DNA of 64,000 nucleotides from an uncultured Methylomirabilota bacterium (GTDB taxonomy: Bacteria; Methylomirabilota; Methylomirabilia; Methylomirabilales; 2-02-FULL-66-22): assembly GCA_963845565.1 (NCBI GenBank), contig CAWJSJ010000001.1, positions 288,001-352,000 on the forward strand, given 5' to 3'. The position numbers and the translations under genes were made by a program. Shown in pieces: positions 56,367 to 64,000 of the stretch; positions within the stretch are counted from its first letter, which is position 1; every line of letters starts with the position of its first letter. The notes under the pieces were generated by a model. It was not told the DNA's origin. It did not search any database and was given only the letters and a program-made list of their open reading frames with translations.

Positions 56367-57148
56367 TCATTTGTCAGGTGTTGGGTAGCCGATCGCGTAC
56401 GTGATTGGGATCTTCGTTCGCCAGTTCCGTACCTGCCCGATTTCCCACGCGTACCCTGCCCCACGGAGCGGGTCGACAAGTTCCGAGAGTTCGGCCGGCG
56501 AGTACGTCCGCAGGCACGAAACAATTCCATCGAAGAGCACTCCCAGGGGAAGGACGGGAATCAGATATGTCAGCACGAAGGTCTGCCAGCGTATCGGCCT
56601 GAGAAAGGGGACCCCGAGCAGCACCGCGAAGGGTGTGAGCGCCAGGACGGCGACCGCCCAGACGCTCCGCTCGGTAAACTCGAAGATACCGATCCCCACA
56701 CGATTGTCCACCGCATCGGCGAGAATGGCGCGCGCTGCCGCAGGGCGAAAGTGGTGGAAGGACGTGAACATCGTTCGGAATCCGCGGAGGTCACGAGGCA
56801 CGGCCGTGGCGTCCACACTGCGAGACTCGCTGCGGATGCGGCCGTCGGATACCTCCGCGACTCGATGGGCGCCCAAGGCGTTCGGGTGCTTGTCGGTCAA
56901 GAGTACGCGGGCCGGTGTCTGTCGCCGAGCTTGGGGAGCAGTCTCAGCCACGGTCCGCCGCCGCCCGAGCAGAGATCAACGATTTCGTGTTCCCTGGCCT
57001 TCTCGAGCGCCTCCGTGAGGCGATGCGCGATCGGCGCGTAGTAGTTACCGATTCGGAGGAAGAACTCCAGGATGTCGGTCTCTGCGTCGCGGAATGCCTT
57101 CGGGCACCAGCTTTGGTCTCCGAACTCGAAGAGATGAAGGCGATGCAT
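56367..57148 (-). CDS. SAM-methyltransferase-fold hypothetical protein; frameshift near 56920
   Basis: RLHLFEFGDQSW, IVDLCSGGGGP; next frame LLTDKHPN, FTSFHHF, FDGIVSCLRTY. Confidence 0.75.
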
Positions 57149-57429
57149 CGTCAACCCCCGACCAGGTATCGCGTCCGGCTAACGAATTGGATGTGATCCG
57201 CATGACCTGCGGGGTTTTGATTTTCTACCCGGCGCTCTATCCTGTAGTTTATCACAATATCTTCATAACATGCGCATCGGCGTGCAAGCGAGTAGCCGCG
57301 TAGAACCCGCGGTGTACGATATCCGCGACTTTCCGCATTGAGTAGACGACAGCGAGATGCGACAGGGGCAGCGATACGGCGACCGAGCCGGGGCTCGATT
57401 CGCTGTCGCTGTCGGAAATCCCTGTCGCC

Positions 57430-57925
57430 CTATTTGGGAAACACGATGTCCTGCTCCCGCACGGGTTTGGGTGGTGCGGGAGGCGGCGGAAGCGGGCGTG
57501 GGGCGGGCGTCGGGGGCTGGCTCACGGCAGCCGGGGTGGCCACCGGGGGTTTCGAGGCGACGACCACGCGCACTTGAATTGTCCGCCCGTCGCGCTGGAG
57601 GACGGCAGGCACCTGCGTTCCTGGCGCCGTCTCGGTGGCGAGGCGTGTGAGTGCGGCGGGGTCCGCATTCCCGAGTTTCGACCGGCCAAAGCTGAGCAGG
57701 AGGTCCCCGGGTCGGACCCCGGCGCGCTGGCCCGGTCCGTCGGTGTCCACGCCGACCACCAGCAGGCCCGCCGAACCCATCCGTCGAACCCGGCCGCGCC
57801 TGACACTCGATGCCGACCCATCCCGGCCCCGCGGCAGCCGGTGCCGCGGTCCGCTTGTTCCGAGAGCACGCGGTGGTGAGCAACATCCCACAGAGCATCA
57901 CGATCATCAACCGCCTGCCGGTCAT
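57430..57925 (-). CDS. PDZ-domain lipoprotein; frameshift near 57800
   Basis: LCGMLLTTAC lipobox, GWVGI, GLLVVGVDTDGPGQRAGVRPGDLL, Pro-rich tail. Confidence 0.65.
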
Positions 57926-57998
57926 TCCGCTCGCCCCCTTCTGTCTCTTGACGTCGTTCGCCTCTTCATTCGGTCGCTTCGGAACAACAATATCCTGA

Positions 57999-60900
57999 TC
58001 AGCGGAGCCGATAGATAATCTCCGACCACAGCGGCGCTTCCCCGTTCGGGACCCAGAACGTATAGGAACCGTCGGCTTGCCGGCTCGCTCTCCATTCGAT
58101 CTCACCTGCAGGGAATGAACGGCGATCATTCTTATACGTGAGATCCGCCTTCCGCGTTCCTTTCCCGGTGCAGGAGGAACCGTCACGGTCGCACTGCCCG
58201 GGATAGAGGACGAAGGTAAACTTGCGAATATCCGGCGGGGCCGTGGCGGGTATGCGGAACTGGCCTTCAAAGGTCAGATTTGCGCTGACGCGGCCGATAC
58301 CGCCGGGGTTGATCTCCAGGGTCACCGTTCCGGACTGAAACTGGACAGACTTACCCTCGGCCCGGCGCCCGTCCACTCGCTTGCGGACTTCCGCCTGGTC
58401 AAGTCCGCCGGATACCGTCCGGCGAACCGGCGCGGCCGTAGCTCTTGGCTGCGAGGGCGCGGATGGTTGCGGAGCATCCGGTTGGCGGAGGAGCGGTTCC
58501 AGCAGGGACGGCAATAGGATCCATGGATTCACCGGAGGTGGGGTGGGGTCCTGGGTCGTTACGGACACCGCGACGCAGGCCGTCTGCGCCGCGTTCCAGT
58601 TCTTGGGCGGGCTACACGTGCACCCGGCCTTTTGCCGTGCCTCATCCCATCCGGCCTGGCTCCCCGGATACCGGGAGCAATCCACCATCGCGAGTTGCCG
58701 GTCTCGGTCGGAAACGCAGGCCGTTTGGCTTCCGTTCCAGACCAAGGGGTCAGGGCATGTACACCCCGCCCGTTGCTGGCTGTCGCTCCACACGGTCACG
58801 CTGCCCGGCTTCAACCTCGGGCAGTCTAAGGCCGCCAAGGCTGTGGCGTGGTCCACATTGCACGCGGTCTTGTTCGCGTTCCACCCCGGCGGGTCCGGGC
58901 ACGCGCAGCCCGGCCGCTGCTCCTTTTCGCTCCACACGGCGACGCTCCCCGGCAGGCCGGAGCAGTCCATAGCCGCCAGGGCTCTGTCCCGATCCGCAGG
59001 ACAGTCAAGCCCCGAATCGCCTGCGATGTTCCCCGGTAAGCACGGTCCGTTTCCCGCACCTCCCGACGCGTTGGCGGTCGCAGAGGTCTTTGCGAGGTCT
59101 TCGGCAAGGGCTTGGCAAAATGCGGCGCCCTCCAGGGCCTTCCGGGCCCTCTGATCATATTCGCTGAAGAAGGAAAGGGCATTGGCGGCTTGCTGCCCTG
59201 CGGCCGCGGCCGCCTGCTTGAGGACGTTAGGATAAATTGGAGGCGAAAGAGCATTCCCATCGCGCGCTGCGCGCTTACCCTGGACCTTCTCGATCTCGGC
59301 ATCCGCAATAGCCCAGCAGTCGGTTGGTCCTCCGAGAAGAGCGGCAACCCTTTTCTGCTGCGCGTAAATGTCCTCAAGGATCTTTCGGAATTGTGGGTCT
59401 TCAGCCAGGGGCCTGGAGACCCCTTCGGCTTTTTGAACCACGGGAGATACCTGCGTGTGGAGATCTGCGATGCTTGCAGACGTTCCCCGGGAGGTGGCGA
59501 GTAGGTTGCGAGCTTGGGCGACTTCGCCATCCGCTGCACCGATGGCATTCGATGATCCGGAACCGTCCCGGAGGAGAGCCGCTAACGCGTCAGCCTCGGC
59601 CGCCGCGGTCTTTGCCACTGTGTCGGTTCGTGCGGCTGCCAGTGACGCTGTCTGGATGAAGCCCTGGCACGACGCGTAGTGATCTTTTGCTTCGCTAACA
59701 TTCTTCACTACGTTACCGAACACAGTCTGCCTGTCGCCGACGGTCTTTTTTCTGGCCAAATCCTGCAGTGACTTGCAGGCTTCGGCGGCTGCACCTTCGG
59801 CCGAGATCATGGCTTGTCCGGCCTGCGCGGCGGCGGCGGCGCACTCCTGGGCTCCGTCTTGGGCGGCCTGGACTCGCGATGGGAGAAGCGCAGCCCGCCG
59901 CTGGAGGTCCGCCGGGTCGGGTACCCGATCCAAAGAAGATCCCGCAGCGCGGGCCGCAGCCACTGCCGCCTCACAATCGCGGCGGGCTGCCTCCTGAAAC
60001 CCCGTGGCACGCTCGGCCAGGTCCCAGATCTGCCCGCTGAGGTTCTGCACTTCTCGCAGGATCTGCTCGCGCTGTTCCCTGGACGGCCCTTTGCACCGGC
60101 GGAAGAAATCCTCCCGGTCCTCCTGTGACAGCTTGTAGATCATGATGATTCCTGTGGGACCCTTAGCCATCTGTAGCTTCCCAAGGCAATCGTCGATCGC
60201 TTTGTATTCGTCCAGCAGAATTGGAGGTGTTCCTGAAACACCTGTTCATTCCCACTGATTTCGAAATACCGCACGCCCTGCTGTACGAGGAGGGCGACGT
60301 CGTTTATGGCGTTGACATAGTAGGGGTACACATCTTTCAAATAAACCTCCCGCCCGCCCGAGCGGATCGCCCTCGCCGTTAGTTGATCGATCTCGTTCCG
60401 GAGTCTCGGGTTGTTTGCAACCGCCGGGTTTCTGATCTTCTGTTCATAATCGGCAATCGAAAGATCATAGGCGATCTGCATGGCCTTGAGACCCGCGTTT
60501 CTTCGGACCCAGAATTTTGCCTCTTCTTTTGCTTGGGTCAAGGCGAATTTCCCTGTGAGAGTTCTTCCGGCGGCCGCTTCGACGCGGGACCCAAGCCGCA
60601 TTGACAAACGCTTTGAACTTTGTCGGGCGCAGGTCACTCGGCGCTTGCTCTGATTCCCCTTTTAGGATGAAATGCGCCCACCAATACTCGGCGACCTCCG
60701 GATACACGCCGTTCCGGCTTGTTTCGTCGACGAAAGCTTTCCTAAAGCCCGCCGTCATAGCGTTGAGGATGCTCTTTCGCGTTACGTCCGCCAGGCATGC
60801 TACCGTCATGTTCTGCTCGGGAACAGAGACGGGCCTCACCTCGGGCTTGTCTCCGGAAAATCCTCGCATCCAGGGCTGACGTTCTTCATCCCTGCAACCA

Positions 60901-61569
60901 GCGTCTTGACCGCACAGTCGAATCAGGTCGTCCACGAACTTTTCTGCGTGATTTAGGAACAATGTACTTGACGTGATCCCACGCGTCATTCAGGAGCACG
61001 TCGTAATTGAGCCCCCAAACGCCTGTGTATGTGTACGCCTGAATCCCGTTACGCTCGAACCGGTCGTAGTACAAACGTGCCTCACGGTGCTCAACCTCGG
61101 CGCGTAACCATTCGAGGTGCGAGGACCACACGAAATTCCTGGCTACCGCGTTCTGGGGTTCCGCGAGTGTTTCCTTTGGGTTGTTGTCTTCATGATACTT
61201 TTTCCGACTCTCAGCGGCAGTGAGGCGATCCTTCGTTTCTTCGAAGAGTCGGTATGCTTCAGGGCTGAAGTGCGGCGATTTCCTGAACCAGGCTCGGGCC
61301 TTTTCGCGCTCGGCTTCGGACCAAGAGCCCCAGATCTTCTCCCGTTCCTGACGGATTGGCTCAAGGTCAGCATCTAGCTGCCTGATACGGCTTTTCAATT
61401 GCTCGCGTTGCGCGAGGTACACGGGCTCCTCTTCAGCCATCGGCTTGGTGCCCCAACCGCCGGAATATGCTGTGGATGGCGGGCTTCCCGACGGCGAGGA
61501 AGGTCCGGCACCGAAAGCGCCGACTCCACTGACAGCGAGAAACACGAGGGTGATGATAGCGCCGAGCAT
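57999..61569 (-). CDS. Large secreted protein with three Cys-rich repeats; split over four overlapping ORFs
   Basis: Signal peptide MLGAIITLVFLAVSGVGAFGA; overlapping ORFs 60886-, 60465-, 60140-, 57999-; repeats at ~58569-58994. Confidence 0.6.
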
Positions 61570-62213
61570 GGTGCGTACCCTACGATCGCGGACGACGAAC
61601 GCCAGAGGCAGGGCGCGCAGGAACGCGGGCCGTCGGTTGTATGCGTTGACCTGTCGGATTCTCGGATCTCCCTCAACTCGCATGGCTTTGGTGGTGGGCC
61701 GGACATGGTGCCGGCGCGTTTGCATGTACGAAGAGAGGTGGTCACCGGTAGGGACTGCGGTGCAGCGGCTTCTGACCGAGAACAGTTGCGAGGGTGGCTG
61801 CTGGAACAATCTTCGGCAGTCAGATCCGGGACGACGAGAAACGTTCTGACGTAAGGAGCTTTGGCGAGTGTTCACATTGAGCGGATCGCAGGAGAAGCGG
61901 CGCCTCGAAAGGAGTGGGGTGGAAGGCAGTTTCGTTTGGATGAGAAGAAAGGACAACCTGCGCGTGGGGACGAAGTTGCGCCCCTGGTTTCTGCCGACGC
62001 GACGCATGCCGACCCCTCCAGTGTGAGAGGTGTGGAGCCGGGGTCGCACCGGGGAAGGTGGAGATCGGGCTTTTCCGTCCCGGGTGCATGTATGGAAACC
62101 GAGGCGTCTGGGATGCCTCGGAGCGAAACAGGAGCATGCACCTATGGCGTCGCCGAACTGTTCGCCGACCTTTTATCCCTGACGGATGGGGAATGTCAAG
62201 AGGATGTGTGTTG

Positions 62214-62326
62214 GAGAGCCGAGGGGCGGGAATTGAGAGCCGAGAGCCGAGAGCGAGCGAGAGGCGAGGCGAGAGGCGAGCGGCGCAGAGGGCAGAGCGG
62301 CAGAAGGCAGGGGAGCGGCGCGAGGG
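62214..62326. repeat. Intergenic purine-rich heptamer tract (GAGAGCC, GAGAGGC, GCAGAGG)
   Basis: gagagccgagagccgagagcgagcgagaggcgaggcgagaggcgag. Confidence 0.7.
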
Positions 62327-62361
62327 ACGGATGCGATACTGGGTATGTCGGCAGGCGGGGG

Positions 62362-63561
62362 TTACGTCAGTTCGAACAGGGTGACCTCGGGTGGGGCGTT
62401 GAGGCGGACGGGGGTGAAGGTGGTGCCGATGCCGCGACTGACGTAGAGGTGGCTGGCATTGATCCGATACAGACCCTCCGGGTAGGGAGTCCGGATGTGG
62501 GCCATGCTGAAATCGCCGCCGGGCAGGCTCAGCTTGACCTGACCTCCGTGATAGTGGCCGGAAAGGGTCAGCGGGATTCCACGGGCGGCGGCATCGGGAA
62601 AGATCTCGGGGCGATGAGACAGGAGGAGCGTCGGGATGGCGGGGTCCAACCCGCGAAGCGCAGCCTCCAGGTCGGGGCGCCCCCACTGGATGTCATCGAT
62701 CCCGGCGATGGCGAAGGGGCCCCCCACCGTCTGGATCACCGTGTGCGCATTGGTCAACACCGGGATGCCGCGCCGCTGGAAGGTCGCCTCGACCTCGCGT
62801 GCGTTTCCCCACAGGTGCTCGTGATTCCCCAGCGTGGCGAAGGTGCCGTACCGGGCGCGGACCCGGGCCATCTCTTCAACGCAGCCGGGAAGAAACGCCA
62901 TGGAGTTCGAGATGAAATCTCCGGTGAGGACAAACAGTTCCGGCTCCAGCATCATGACCTGGTTGACGTACCTCCGCATGTCGTCACGGGTCATGTAGAT
63001 GCCGGCATGGATGTCGGTGAGCTGGACAACACGTAACTGTCGGCCGAAGGGCAGGGCAAACTTCTCGACGCTGTACGCCTTGCTCGCGTACGCAGCGCCG
63101 TACCCGGAGAAGAGCACCGGGGCCGCCGCGATACCGCCCACCCCGGCCTGCAGGAGTCGGCGGCGGCCAAGGTCCACCGGGGTCGGGGCCCCCCGGTTGG
63201 CCTGCCGACGCGTCAGCCAAACGACCACGCGTCCCAGTCCGCCGCCGATTCGCATCACCAGGAGGAACAAGGCGGAGAACAGCGAGCCGAAGTTCCAGAT
63301 GGCCACGGGATAGAAGAGGCCGACCTGCGCGGCGATCGGCGGGTCCACCCAGGGGAGTTGAATGAACAAGAGGTACGCGTTCAGGGCGAAGAGCAAGATG
63401 ATGGCCGCGCCGACCAGGCGGATGGCGTGCGTCTTGAACCGCTCGGATCGGTTCGACGACAAGATCGCCCGCCGGATGCGGATGAAGAGATATACCTGTG
63501 CGAGGAGCGCAAGGCCGACGATGATCAGGCGGAGCCTGGGAAACCGAAAACCAAACAGCAC
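62362..63561 (-). CDS. Membrane-bound metallophosphoesterase
   Basis: TDIH, TGD, GNHE, SHRP, SGHYHGGQ; GTG start with GAGAGG RBS. Confidence 0.9.
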   Translation of the reverse strand: MLFGFRFPRLRLIIVGLALLAQVYLFIRIRRAILSSNRSERFKTHAIRLVGAAIILLFALNAYLLFIQLPWVDPPIAAQVGLFYPVAIWNFGSLFSALFLLVMRIGGGLGRVVVWLTRRQANRGAPTPVDLGRRRLLQAGVGGIAAAPVLFSGYGAAYASKAYSVEKFALPFGRQLRVVQLTDIHAGIYMTRDDMRRYVNQVMMLEPELFVLTGDFISNSMAFLPGCVEEMARVRARYGTFATLGNHEHLWGNAREVEATFQRRGIPVLTNAHTVIQTVGGPFAIAGIDDIQWGRPDLEAALRGLDPAIPTLLLSHRPEIFPDAAARGIPLTLSGHYHGGQVKLSLPGGDFSMAHIRTPYPEGLYRINASHLYVSRGIGTTFTPVRLNAPPEVTLFELT

Positions 63562-63828
63562 AGCATACCTCTCGTTGCGGAGGGGCGTACGACTGAAGGA
63601 TGGTAACGAACTAAAGAGCGACGGGCAAGCGCGTTCGTCGGCGCGGGTGAAGCTCGAGACTCTTGGCGGGTCGCACATGGTTGGTTCGCGGATTTTACCG
63701 GGGGGCGGGGTTATGATAGGCTTCCGCACGGAACGCGGGACCGACTCTTCCTGTGATTGTTCGGCCGGTGCGTGCCGGCCCTTTTATCGTCGTCTGTCAG
63801 TGCCTGTGCACATCGAAGGAGAAGACCG

Positions 63829-64000
63829 ATGAGTGAGACACTCTTCAGCATCTTTGCGGCCGCCGGCACGTACGTGCAGGGCCCGGGGGCTCTGGGCGCC
63901 ATCGGGCCGCATCTCGTGCGACTCGGGAAGCGGGCGGTCGGCGTGGTGGATCCCGTGGTTCGAGCACAGGTCGAGCCTGCACTCTCGAGCGTGTGTGCCA
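63829..64000 (+). CDS. Glycerol dehydrogenase-like protein, 5' partial
   Basis: AAGGAG RBS; FAAAGTYVQGPGALGAIG...LGKRAVGVVD. Confidence 0.7.
   Translation, partial: MSETLFSIFAAAGTYVQGPGALGAIGPHLVRLGKRAVGVVDPVVRAQVEPALSSVCA

Noticed and set aside
61796..62050. IS remnant starting GGCTGCTGGAACAA
   Set aside because: Weak similarity to the MITE end, no partner end and no recognisable transposase

Overview
GC-rich bacterial window with many single-base frameshifts, probably an unpolished long-read assembly. Two systems stand out. (1) A local sigma-54 regulon: a PAS-GAF-AAA+-HTH enhancer-binding protein (347-2479) and six intergenic promoters between 2.5 and 43 kb that share one layout, namely a tandem palindrome CTCCGA-N4-TCGGAG (degenerate in one case) starting 135-136 bp upstream, an IHF-like site 53-54 bp upstream and a TGG-N10-GC -24/-12 box. 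They lie upstream of stress/envelope genes (BON and Spy-like proteins, small membrane peptides, an RbbA-type ABC exporter, TraR/DksA, a class A PBP, GroES/EL, USP, DUF1207). (2) A ~15 kb candidate sphingolipid/ceramide-like lipid cluster (17.8-32.8 kb): bCerS-like GNAT N-acyltransferase, extended SDR reductase, GT-B-fold protein, MlaE/F/D + PqiC-like transporter, ABC-2 exporter, a fatty acyl-AMP ligase-ACP-alpha-oxoamine synthase fusion and a B12-binding radical SAM enzyme. Also present: a csoR-geranylgeranyl reductase-copA operon with a CsoR operator, an M16 peptidase pair, two metallophosphoesterases, a large Cys-repeat secreted protein and several REP/MITE-like repeats. No rRNA, tRNA, CRISPR array or intact transposase was seen. 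All assignments come from motif recognition by eye; no database searches were run.
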